Origin: Minisyncoccota bacterium
GTDB taxonomy: Bacteria; Patescibacteriota; Minisyncoccia; Phycocordibacterales; XYD1-FULL-46-19
Direction: 5' to 3'
NCBI GenBank assembly: GCA_040879645.1
Contig: JBBDJY010000016.1
Location: 11,064-75,063 of the forward strand
DNA: 64,000 bases
Made by a program: the position numbers and the translations under genes. Under the pieces are notes generated by a model that was not told the DNA's origin, searched no databases, and was given only the letters and a program-made list of their open reading frames with translations. Of the stretch, positions 18,626 through 26,985 are shown in pieces (within the stretch, counting starts at the first letter, position 1; each line of letters opens with the position of its first letter).

Positions 18626-18650
18626 TTATCAAACACCCGGTGTTTGATAA
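18626..18650. repeat. Right flanking palindrome TTATCAAACACCCGGTGTTTGATAA of the RAYT
   Basis: Direct reading. Confidence 0.8.
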
Positions 18651-18742
18651 CAAGTTTATAAACATATGAGACTCTGTAATTAAGAATTCATATGTGTCAA
18701 AATCATTGACTTTTGGTTGTTTTTGGCTATACTGCATTTGTT

Positions 18743-19393
18743 ATGAATTTAAATCTAAAAACGGAAAAAAGAGAAGTTTTCGGCAAGAATCTGCGTCAAG
18801 ACCGTGAGGCGGGTAAAATGCCGGTTGTCCTTTATGGCACAAAGGACAAAGTCGTGTCGTTGTTTGTGGATAGCCGAGAATTTGCCAAAGCTTTGAAAGA
18901 GGCCGGCGAATCAAGTGTGATTACTTTAAAAACCGACGGCGGAGACAAAGATGTCTTGATTCATGATGTCCAATTTGATCCGGTGGCCGGCCAGCCGATT
19001 CACGCTGATTTTTACGCCGTGGATAAAGATAAAAAGGTGGAAGTGGATATTCCGCTGGTCTTTACTGGCGAATCGCCGGCCATTCGCGAATTGGGAGCAA
19101 TTTTGATCAAAGTGATGCACGAATTGCCGGTTGAAGCTCTGCCTCGTGATTTACCTCATGAAATAACGGTGGATATTTCAAATCTGAAGACTTTGGACGA
19201 TCAAATTAAAATTGAAGATATTTCTTTGCCGGCTGGGGTTGTTGCTTTAGGCGAAGCCGACGAAGTCGTTGTTTTACTTGAAGAAGCTCGGGAAGAAGTG
19301 GAAGAAGAAACTCCGGCCCCCGACCTATCAACTATTGAAGTGGAAAAGAAGGGTAAGGCCGAAGAGACCGACGAAACGGAAACTAAAGCCTAA
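18743..19393 (+). CDS. rplY: 50S ribosomal protein L25/general stress protein Ctc, with acidic C-terminal tail
   Basis: MNLNLKTEKREVFGKN..PVVLYG L25 N-terminus; ORF from 18713. Confidence 0.85.
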   Translation: MNLNLKTEKREVFGKNLRQDREAGKMPVVLYGTKDKVVSLFVDSREFAKALKEAGESSVITLKTDGGDKDVLIHDVQFDPVAGQPIHADFYAVDKDKKVEVDIPLVFTGESPAIRELGAILIKVMHELPVEALPRDLPHEITVDISNLKTLDDQIKIEDISLPAGVVALGEADEVVVLLEEAREEVEEETPAPDLSTIEVEKKGKAEETDETETKA

Positions 19394-19435
19394 TTTCCCG
19401 GGGCGTATCGGCAAAGAGAGCCGGTATGTTATAAT

Positions 19436-19463
19436 AAACGGACCGGCCTCGGCCGGTCCGTTT
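19436..19463 (+). terminator. Terminator-like hairpin (aaacggaccggcctcggccggtccgttt)
   Basis: Perfect stem after rplY; argues that the next gene starts at 19506 rather than 19464. Confidence 0.5.
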
Positions 19464-19505
19464 ATGTCTTTAACTAATCATTTGATTTTACCGCCGACTA
19501 AGGCG

Positions 19506-20846
19506 ATGAAAATTTTGACGATAGCGGTAATTTTGACCGTTGGTTTTTTCGGCTTTGGTTTTGGCCGGGCTTTGCCGATCGTGGCTCAAACTGCCGAACA
19601 CGAAAAATTACTCGAAGCGGAATTAGCCCGAGTGGAAGCGGAAATCGCCAAAAATCAAAAATTACTCGGCGCCAAACAACAAGAAACCGCTTCCATTGCC
19701 CGAGACGTTGATATTTTAACTTTCCAAATCAATCAAGCCAAGCTTAAAATTCAAGCGGCGGAATTGGCTATTAGGCGTCTGGGTACCGATATTGAAGACC
19801 GCAATCAATATATTTCTGTTTTAGACGAGAAAATCAGTGAAGACAAACAGTCGTTGGCCGAATTACTGCGTAAAGCGAGGCAAATTGACGATGTCAGTCT
19901 GATGGAAGTCATTTTGCGTAATGACAATATTTCCGATGTTTTTGCCGATCTGGATTCTTTCAGTTCGATTCAAGAAGCCCTGCATCAATCTTTCTCCGAA
20001 GTCCGGAATAATCAAGATGTCGCCGAAGAAGAAAAAACCAACTTAAGCCGAAAACGGGATGCCGAATTACAAGCAAAGATAGTGATTGAACAAGAAAAAC
20101 GGACGATTGAACAAAAGGAAGCCGAAAAACAGCGTTTATTGCGATTGTCCAAATCGGAAGAAAACAGTTACCGTCAAGTTATCGCCCAACGCGAAGCTGA
20201 TCGCCAAGCCATTCGGAGCGCTCTTTTCCGTCTGCGTAACGTGACGGCCATCTCCTTTGGTGAGGCCTATGACTTGGCGGTTAAGGTCAGTGCCAATACC
20301 GGTGTCCGAGCGGCTTTGATTTTAGCCATCATCACCCAAGAATCCAATTTGGGCGAGAATGTCGGTACTTGCAATCGGGCCGGCGATCCGGAGTCCAAGA
20401 GTTGGCGGAATATTATGCCCGGACCGAATGACGGCTATCGTTCCTATCGCGATGACCAGACGCTTTTCTTGAAAATTGCCGAAGAATTGGGCTTGGATCC
20501 GAATACGACGCCCTTATCTTGCCCAATGGGCGGCGGTTGGGGTGGGGCAATGGGTCCGTCGCAATTTATCCCGACCACTTGGATGTCTTACCGTGATCGG
20601 ATTGCCGCGACAACGGGCAATAATCCTCCCAATCCTTGGTTGCCGGAAGATGCCTTTACCGCCACCAGTCTTTTGTTGCGCGATTTGGGCGCCGCCGCCG
20701 GTACCTTTAGTGCCGAACGGGAAGCCGCTTTGCGTTATTATGCCGGCGGTAATTGGCATAAACCGCAAAATGCCTTTTATGGCAATTCGGTGATGAATAT
20801 TGCCGAAGGCTATGAACGGCAAATCAGCATATTGCAAGGGACATAA
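19506..20846 (+). CDS. Membrane-anchored coiled-coil protein with C-terminal lytic transglycosylase (MltB/SLT_2-like) domain
   Basis: N-terminal TM anchor; long coiled coil; C-terminal motifs TQESN and MGPSQFIPTTW. Confidence 0.7.
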   Translation: MKILTIAVILTVGFFGFGFGRALPIVAQTAEHEKLLEAELARVEAEIAKNQKLLGAKQQETASIARDVDILTFQINQAKLKIQAAELAIRRLGTDIEDRNQYISVLDEKISEDKQSLAELLRKARQIDDVSLMEVILRNDNISDVFADLDSFSSIQEALHQSFSEVRNNQDVAEEEKTNLSRKRDAELQAKIVIEQEKRTIEQKEAEKQRLLRLSKSEENSYRQVIAQREADRQAIRSALFRLRNVTAISFGEAYDLAVKVSANTGVRAALILAIITQESNLGENVGTCNRAGDPESKSWRNIMPGPNDGYRSYRDDQTLFLKIAEELGLDPNTTPLSCPMGGGWGGAMGPSQFIPTTWMSYRDRIAATTGNNPPNPWLPEDAFTATSLLLRDLGAAAGTFSAEREAALRYYAGGNWHKPQNAFYGNSVMNIAEGYERQISILQGT

Positions 20847-20888
20847 TTGTATGGTAAGCTGAATCCGTTTTAGGAAATTTTAGACACT

Positions 20889-21170
20889 ATGAAAAAAGAT
20901 ATTCACCCAAAATATTACGATCAAGCGGTCATTACTTGCGCTTGCGGCCATGTTTTTCCGGTTGGTTCAACCAAAGAAAAAATGACGGTGGAAGTTTGCA
21001 GTCAATGCCATCCGTTTTTCACCGGTAAAGAAAAAATCATGGACACGGCCGGTCGAGTGGAAAAATTCCGCGCTCGGCAAAAAAAAGCCGTTGCCCACAA
21101 AAAGCCCGCCAAGTCTTCGGCCAACCCCAAGGCCAAAGTGGAGGCCGACAAGGTCGAAACTAAAAAATAA
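20889..21170 (+). CDS. rpmE: 50S ribosomal protein L31 with Lys-rich C-terminal extension
   Basis: [10 protein letters not shown]..Cxx[10 protein letters not shown]31 pattern. Confidence 0.9.
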   Translation: MKKDIHPKYYDQAVITCACGHVFPVGSTKEKMTVEVCSQCHPFFTGKEKIMDTAGRVEKFRARQKKAVAHKKPAKSSANPKAKVEADKVETKK

Positions 21171-21208
21171 CCCAGACTGTCGGTGATGATTCGTCCGACA
21201 GCTTACTT

Positions 21209-22171
21209 ATGGATTTAACTGAATTTCGCGACAATCCCAAAACCGCTTACTTCGTGGCGGAAATTGAGCGTCTTGATAAAAAAATAGAGGAGACTAAAAA
21301 TTTGGCGGCCGCCGATCCGGCGGTCGCCGATTTGGCGGAACAAGAAATCAGTGACTTGACTGAGGCCAAAAAAGAATTAACAGACCGAATTAGCGAAATC
21401 AGCGCCAAAGAAGCCGAAGCCGAAGCCAAGCCGGAGGGTTGTATTTTAGAAATTAGAGCCGGGGCCGGCGGGGAAGAGTCGGCTTTATTTGTCGCTGATT
21501 TGGCTTTGATGTATTCTCGTTTTGCTGAAATAAAGGGTTGGACGATTAAAAAGATTGATGAATCGGCCAGTGGCTTGGGTGGTTATAAAGAAATTTTCTT
21601 TGAAATCAAAGAACCGGTAGCTTACGATGCCTTGCGATTTGAAACCGGTGTTCACCGGGTTCAGCGGATACCGGCGACCGAAAAACAAGGTCGGGTCCAT
21701 ACTTCGACCGCTTCGGTGGCGGTAATGCCGATTTTTCGTAAAGAGAAAATGGTGATTGACCCGTCGGATTTGGAATTTGAAACTTCGCGTTCCGGCGGGG
21801 CCGGCGGTCAGAATGTGAATAAGGTGGAAACGGCGGTTCGGATTATTCATAAACCAACCGGTTTGGCGGTCCGTTGTACCAGCGAGCGAACCCAGCAACG
21901 CAATCGGGAAAAAGCGTTGGAATTATTGACCAGTCGGTTGGTGGCTCGCCGAATAGAAGAAGAGCGGGCCAAAGAAACGGCCACTCGGCGGAGCCAAATC
22001 GGCACCGGTGATCGATCGGAAAAAATCCGCACTTACAATATTTTACAAGACCGGATTACTGATCACCGCCTTAAAGAATCTTGGCATAATATTGAAAACA
22101 TTATGTCCGGCCAACTTGAGCCGATTATTGAAAAATTAGCTGCCGTCGATTTGACTGATACCGAAGATTAA
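21209..22171 (+). CDS. prfA: Peptide chain release factor 1 (class I RF; PAT tripeptide and GGQ motif present)
   Basis: RIPATE and [18 protein letters not shown] motifs. Confidence 0.85.
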   Translation: MDLTEFRDNPKTAYFVAEIERLDKKIEETKNLAAADPAVADLAEQEISDLTEAKKELTDRISEISAKEAEAEAKPEGCILEIRAGAGGEESALFVADLALMYSRFAEIKGWTIKKIDESASGLGGYKEIFFEIKEPVAYDALRFETGVHRVQRIPATEKQGRVHTSTASVAVMPIFRKEKMVIDPSDLEFETSRSGGAGGQNVNKVETAVRIIHKPTGLAVRCTSERTQQRNREKALELLTSRLVARRIEEERAKETATRRSQIGTGDRSEKIRTYNILQDRITDHRLKESWHNIENIMSGQLEPIIEKLAAVDLTDTED

Positions 22172-22311
22172 ACTTTAGATGATGGCTGGACGATGGATTT
22201 TTGATACCCCTAAGGCCAAATTTCTCGAGGCCGGGACGAGGACTTTCTCCGCTTGCCGATTTTGTCTCGACTATTGCTCAAATAAGGTTATTTTGTTAGA
22301 CTGTTTTTCGT

Positions 22312-23106
22312 ATGACTGAAGCGGTAAAAATAGACAAACAAGAAGAATTGATTCGTCGCCTGTTTACTATGGGGGCGCATTTGGGCTTTTCTCGTCGCCG
22401 ACGCCATCCGTCAGTGGATAAATTTATTTATGGCTACAAAAATAATACGGCGGTGATTGATTTGGAAAAGACGGTCAGTTCTTTAGACAGGGCTTGCGAA
22501 TTTATGGCTCGTCTGGGTCGCGAGCGGTCAACCATTATTTTTGTCGGTAATAAGCCGGAGGCGCGATTAGCCATTAAAAAGGCGGCCGCTTCAATTAATA
22601 TGCCCTATGTCGCCTATCGCTGGATTGGTGGCACTTTGACCAATTTTAAACAAATTAAAAGCCGAATTGATCGCTTACATTGGCTGAAAGAAGCCGAAAG
22701 TACCGGCGAGTTAGCTAAATACAAAAAGAAAGAAAGGCTGGTTCTGGCTAAAGAGCGCGATGATTTGGAGCGGTATTTTGAAGGTATTTATGATTTGACC
22801 GCTTTGCCGAAAGCCCTCTTTGTCGTTGATGCTAAAGCGGAAGATATTGCCGTCGCCGAGGCCCGCTTGCTTAACATTCCGGTTGTGACTTTATCCAGTT
22901 CCGATTGCGATATTCGGGGGATTGACTATCCGATTATCGGTAATGATACCGCTCGTGATGCCGTGGCCTTTATGGCCGATACTTTAGCCACCGCCTATCG
23001 CGAAGGCTTAAAGACTGCCTCACCGGTCGAAGAAAATACCACTGACAAAAAACCAGAGGACCGCCCGGCGGCGGAAACCACCCGACCGGCGGTGGCGAAA
23101 TTATAA
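22312..23106 (+). CDS. rpsB: 30S ribosomal protein S2
   Basis: MGAHLGFSRRRRHPSVDKFIYG S2 N-terminus. Confidence 0.9.
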   Translation: MTEAVKIDKQEELIRRLFTMGAHLGFSRRRRHPSVDKFIYGYKNNTAVIDLEKTVSSLDRACEFMARLGRERSTIIFVGNKPEARLAIKKAAASINMPYVAYRWIGGTLTNFKQIKSRIDRLHWLKEAESTGELAKYKKKERLVLAKERDDLERYFEGIYDLTALPKALFVVDAKAEDIAVAEARLLNIPVVTLSSSDCDIRGIDYPIIGNDTARDAVAFMADTLATAYREGLKTASPVEENTTDKKPEDRPAAETTRPAVAKL

Positions 23107-23123
23107 AATTTTAATTTTAATGT

Positions 23124-23588
23124 TTGTTAAATATGATTTCCACCGATCAGATTAAGGAATTACGAGCCAAGACCGGTATTTCTATCGCTCAATGCAAACA
23201 AGCCTTGACCGAGACGGCCGGCGATATTGATAAGGCTTTGGCTGCTTTAAAAAAACAAGGAGCGGCGATTGCCGAGAAAAAGGCCGATCGCCGTCTGGGG
23301 GCGACGATTGTCCGTGCTTATATCCATGCCACCGATAATCTCGGTTCCTTGGTGGAAATTCAAACCGAAACCGATTTTGTCGCTAAAAATGAAGCTTTAA
23401 AGGATTTTGCGGCCGAGATGGCCATGCATATTGCCGCCGCCGATCCGAGTGATATTGATGAATTATTGGATCAGGATTTTATTAAAGATCCAAGCAAAAA
23501 AATAAGCGATTTGCTCAAAGAAAATATTCAAAAGTTCGGCGAGCGAATTGAAATCAAGCGCTTTGTTCGCTTTGACGGTTCAGCTTAG
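23124..23588 (+). CDS. tsf: Elongation factor Ts (short form, 154 aa)
   Basis: IKELRAKTGISIAQCKQAL UBA-like N-terminus; position immediately after rpsB. Confidence 0.85.
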   Translation: MLNMISTDQIKELRAKTGISIAQCKQALTETAGDIDKALAALKKQGAAIAEKKADRRLGATIVRAYIHATDNLGSLVEIQTETDFVAKNEALKDFAAEMAMHIAAADPSDIDELLDQDFIKDPSKKISDLLKENIQKFGERIEIKRFVRFDGSA

Positions 23589-23592
23589 ACTT

Positions 23593-23985
23593 ATGCAATC
23601 AACACTGCTCATTGCAGGAATAATATCGTTTATCATCGCCGGAGCGATTGTCGGCTGGCGATTGATTGAAATTCGCCGGGGAGCGGTTTTTCCCCGTCAA
23701 CCGGCCCTCTGGCCGATGATTGACCACTGGCTTGATGTTTTGGCTTTCTTTATCGTGACTGGCAGTAAAAGTTTATTGAAACAATCTTATCTTATTCTCC
23801 TTATTGCCGGTGAAAAATTGATTAAATTATTCAAGTATTTGATTTTGCGGGTGGAGCGGCGCTTTACCCGGGTCGTTAATCAAGTCAAAGGCCGGCATGA
23901 TATTTCCAAACGGGGTTCGGCCTCACTTTTCTTGCGCGAAATTAAAAGACATCAAGAAAATTGGCAAAATGGCAACGGTGCTTAA
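23593..23985 (+). CDS. Small membrane protein (hypothetical)
   Basis: ORF from 23548 overlapping tsf; likely ATG 23593; two predicted TM helices. Confidence 0.45.
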   Translation: MQSTLLIAGIISFIIAGAIVGWRLIEIRRGAVFPRQPALWPMIDHWLDVLAFFIVTGSKSLLKQSYLILLIAGEKLIKLFKYLILRVERRFTRVVNQVKGRHDISKRGSASLFLREIKRHQENWQNGNGA

Positions 23986-24003
23986 GATTTGTTTAGACAC
24001 TAA

Positions 24004-24076
24004 GCCAGCATAGCTCAGTTGGTAGAGCAACGGTTTTGTAAACCGTAGGTCGTGGGTTCGAATCCCTCTGCTGGCT
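24004..24076 (+). tRNA. tRNA-Thr (anticodon TGT)
   Basis: Cloverleaf read by eye: acceptor GCCAGCA/TGCTGGC, D-arm GCTC..GAGC, anticodon stem ACGGT/ACCGT with loop TTTGTAA, T-arm GTGGGTTCGAATCCC; no encoded CCA. Confidence 0.8.
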
Positions 24077-24530
24077 CACAAACAAAGAGCCGAAAGCGGA
24101 TGCTTTCGGCGATTATTGTTTGTGCCAGTAGAGGGATGAGAACGGCGGAGCGCGCGAAGCCGACCGAGTGGTAACGAGGTCGAGCGCGAGCCGTGTCCCG
24201 CGGCACTTCATATTTTGTGAGTGGAATGAAACAAAATATGTTAGTGACCGTCAGGACGAATCCCCAGCTTCCTCACAAACAAAGAGCCGAAAGCGGATGC
24301 TTTCGGCGATTATTGTTTGTGCCAGTAGAGGGATGAGAACGGCGGAGCGCGCGAAGCCGACCGAGTGGTAACGAGGTCGAGCGCGAGCCGTGTCCCGCGG
24401 CACTTCATATTTTGTGAGTGGAATGAAACAAAATATGTTAGTGACCGTCAGGACGAATCCCCAGCTTCCTCACAAACAAAGAGCCCTCGGCGGATGCTTT
24501 CGGCGATTATTGTTTGCCCACGGACTGGAA
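24077..24530 (+). repeat. Tandem direct repeat: two complete 197-bp units plus a partial third immediately 3' of tRNA-Thr; each unit ends in a degenerate copy of the tRNA 3' end (pseudo-att)
   Basis: Units start at 24077, 24274 and 24471 (period 197); the ORFs at 24168..24371 and 24365..24568 are artefacts of this repeat. Confidence 0.85.
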
Positions 24531-25607
24531 AAAGTCAGAATCTGTTACTGGTCTCGATTCTATCATAAAATCATTCCATTTCATGCTAAAATGAGTAGAT
24601 GAAGAAAAATAATATTATCATCTATCAAGCTAAATCAGGTGCTCTTGAGTTCAAGAGTGATTTGAAAGAAGATACTATTTGGGCATCACAAATCCAAATA
24701 GCCGAGGCTTTTAAGGTAAATGTTCGTACAGTAAACGAACATATAATAAACATTTACAAAACAAAAGAACTATTTAAGAAAGGAACTATCCGGAAATTCC
24801 GGATAGTTCAAAAAGAAGGAAACAGAGAAATTTCTCGTGATATCCAGCACTATAACTTAGACATTATTTTGTCAGTTGGATATAGAGTTAACTCAAAAAA
24901 AGCAACTAAGTTTAGGCAATGGGCCACCAAAACCCTTAAAGACCATTTAGTTAAAGGATATACGATAAATCGAAAAAGAATCGATAAAAACTATCTTGAG
25001 TTTTTAAGATCAGTCGAAGAAGTTAAAAAACTTCTTCCCCAAGGGAATACCCTGTCAACAAAAGATACCTTGGAGCTAATCAAATTCTTTGCCGGCACTT
25101 GGCTTTCTCTGGAGGCCTACGATAAATCAACATTTTCTAAACAGGGCCTAACTAAAAAACAAGTCAAAATCACAGCCGATGAATTGGAGAACGCTATTGT
25201 CGATTTACGGCATAATCTAATCTCACAAAAAGAAACGACGGACATCTTTGCTCAAGAAAAATCAACCGGTTCCATTGCTGGCATTGTGGGGAATGTATTC
25301 CAAGGTTTTAATGGTAAAAACCTCTATCCAACCGTAGAAGAAAAGGCCGCCCATCTTTTATATTTTATAGTCAAAAACCACCCCTTTATTGATGGAAACA
25401 AGCGAAGTGGAGCTTTTGCTTTTGTTTGGTTTTTGAACAAAGCCGGTATTTTAAATAGAGATAGTTTTACTCCCGAAGCATTAACGGCTTTAACAATTTT
25501 AGTGGCTGAGAGTAATCCGAGTGATAAAGAAAAAGTTGTTGGTTTGATTTTGAATTTATTAAGGTGATTTAACTTTTTATTCAATCCCAAATGATTGCCC
25601 CATTCTG
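24521..25607 (+). mobile_element. tRNA-Thr-associated islet bounded by about 45-bp direct repeats (24471-24520 and 25608-25650, both with the ccctcggcggatgctttcggc variant), carrying only a RhuM-Fic/Doc gene
   Basis: Direct repeats read directly; AT-rich cargo; no integrase present. Confidence 0.55.
24599..25567 (+). CDS. RhuM-family virulence-like protein fused to a C-terminal Fic/Doc domain (HPFIDGNKRSG motif)
   Basis: N-terminal RhuM-like pattern (IIYQ..NLDIILSVGYRVNSKKATKFRQWAT); C-terminal Fic/Doc motif HxFx(D)GNKR. Confidence 0.7.
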   Translation: MKKNNIIIYQAKSGALEFKSDLKEDTIWASQIQIAEAFKVNVRTVNEHIINIYKTKELFKKGTIRKFRIVQKEGNREISRDIQHYNLDIILSVGYRVNSKKATKFRQWATKTLKDHLVKGYTINRKRIDKNYLEFLRSVEEVKKLLPQGNTLSTKDTLELIKFFAGTWLSLEAYDKSTFSKQGLTKKQVKITADELENAIVDLRHNLISQKETTDIFAQEKSTGSIAGIVGNVFQGFNGKNLYPTVEEKAAHLLYFIVKNHPFIDGNKRSGAFAFVWFLNKAGILNRDSFTPEALTALTILVAESNPSDKEKVVGLILNLLR

Positions 25608-25654
25608 AATCTTCAGCTTCCTCACAAACAAAAGCCCTCGGCGGATGCTTTCGG

Positions 25655-26035
25655 CTACTTTTTATTTAAGTCAATCAGTTTTTTCAAATCCAGATCAATG
25701 TCCCCGGTTGAATCCAAATGCCGAGGGAAAAGGCTGTCATTAACAATATCATCACTACCCTGTGGTAAAACAAATACATTGCCACTTTCTGGATATTTAC
25801 CAAAAACAATTTTTAATCCCTCTGCTTGAAACCGAGTAATGAGTTCGTCTATCGGGGTTCCGTATCCGGGCAGTTCTTCTTGTTCCGCCTTTATTATTTC
25901 ATATGAATTTGGGTCGATACCGGGAAAAGGAAAATTTTCCTGATTTTCCGCCATTAGTTTTTCGACAAGTAAAATATATTCTTGTTTTCGTCGCTCTTTT
26001 TCCTGTTCAGGTGATGGGTTGGGAAATGATTCCAT
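25655..26035 (-). CDS. Hypothetical protein (126 aa)
   Basis: ORF only; adjacent to the islet boundary repeat. Confidence 0.4.
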   Translation of the reverse strand: MESFPNPSPEQEKERRKQEYILLVEKLMAENQENFPFPGIDPNSYEIIKAEQEELPGYGTPIDELITRFQAEGLKIVFGKYPESGNVFVLPQGSDDIVNDSLFPRHLDSTGDIDLDLKKLIDLNKK

Positions 26036-26154
26036 TGCAGAGAAGTATAACAGAAAAGTTGTAAAAAGTTAATCTAATCTAAGGATAGCCGGATCCGTCA
26101 AAGAGGCCGGATTTTAAAATTTGAATTCAGGGCTAATTTCGCTATAATGGCTCT

Positions 26155-26982
26155 ATGATAGACAAAGCCGAACAACCGTCAAAATTGGGTCATCTTCATC
26201 CGAATAGTCAGATTATTTACGAGGTCTATGACTTAATGCGTCAGCTTGGCTTTAGTGTCGCTCTGGGGCCGGAAGTGGAAACCGAATTCTATAATTTTGA
26301 CGCTTTAAATATTCCACCGGATCATCCGGCTCGGGATATGCAGGATACTTTTTGGCTTAAGGCTCCGCCCGGTCTGCCCGGTCGGGCAGGCCCGTCCGAC
26401 CAAGCAGACCGGCCTGATGACCGTCTCTTGCGGACCCATACCAGTCCGGTCCAGATTCGCTATATGCAAGAGCATCAGCCGCCGTTTCGGATTATTGCGC
26501 CGGGGAGGGTTTTTCGTAATGAAGCGACCGATGCCACCCACGAAGCCCAGTTCCACCAGGTGGAAGGCTTAATGGTTGATCGGGATGTTTCTTTAAGTCA
26601 CTTGAAGGGGACATTAGAGTTTTTACTCAAAGGGTTGTTTGGTGATGATGTCCGTTTGCGCTTGCGTCCGAGTTTCTTTTCTTTTGTTGAGCCGGGTTTG
26701 GAAGTGGATATTTCTTGTTTTCGTTGCGGCGGACGGGCCCGCCCGGATGACTCGGTCGGACGGGCCCGTCATTGTATCTTATGCAAACAAACCGGCTGGA
26801 TAGAGGTTTTGGGTGCCGGCTTGGTCCATCCCAATGTTCTCTCGGCTGGGGGGTTAGACCCGAATGAGTGGCGCGGTTTTGCCTTTGGGGTCGGTGTTGA
26901 CCGCTTATCAATGCTTCGTTACGGCGTGGATGATGTCCGCTTGTTTTATGCCGGCGATATTCGTTTTATCAATCAATTTTAA
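26155..26982 (+). CDS. pheS: Phenylalanine--tRNA ligase alpha subunit, N-terminally truncated form, with two in-frame GC-rich palindromic insertions
   Basis: FNFDALNIPPDHPARDMQDTFW..LLRTHTSPVQ motifs; starts at the position equivalent to about residue 100 of canonical PheS; -10 box TATAAT upstream. Confidence 0.85.
   Translation: MIDKAEQPSKLGHLHPNSQIIYEVYDLMRQLGFSVALGPEVETEFYNFDALNIPPDHPARDMQDTFWLKAPPGLPGRAGPSDQADRPDDRLLRTHTSPVQIRYMQEHQPPFRIIAPGRVFRNEATDATHEAQFHQVEGLMVDRDVSLSHLKGTLEFLLKGLFGDDVRLRLRPSFFSFVEPGLEVDISCFRCGGRARPDDSVGRARHCILCKQTGWIEVLGAGLVHPNVLSAGGLDPNEWRGFAFGVGVDRLSMLRYGVDDVRLFYAGDIRFINQF
26371..26410. repeat. GC-rich palindromic element copy E3 (nested palindrome ggtctgcccggtcgggcaggcccgtccgaccaagcagacc) in frame in pheS
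   Basis: Inserts about 15 aa (PPGLPGRAGPSDQADRPDDR) between the conserved DTFW and LLRTHTS motifs. Confidence 0.7.
26728..26770. repeat. GC-rich palindromic element copy E4 (reverse-orientation match to the gatB copy) in frame in pheS
   Basis: Reverse complement GGCCCGTCCGACCGAGTCATCCGGGCGGGCCCGTCCGCC is about 95% identical to 8154-8190; inserts RARPDDSVGRAR into the CFxCGG..CxxCK zinc-knuckle region. Confidence 0.8.
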
Positions 26983-26985
26983 TCA

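Noticed and set aside
19269-19505. 5' extension of the transglycosylase ORF (19269 or 19464 starts)
   Set aside because: It would overlap rplY, and a terminator hairpin ends at 19463. ATG 19506 has an RBS and gives a signal-anchor N-terminus.
24168-24568. Two 67-aa ORFs with identical N-termini after tRNA-Thr
   Set aside because: They are artefacts of the 197-bp tandem repeat, each unit carrying the same open frame. There is no RBS, and the region is better explained as integration scars or ncRNA.
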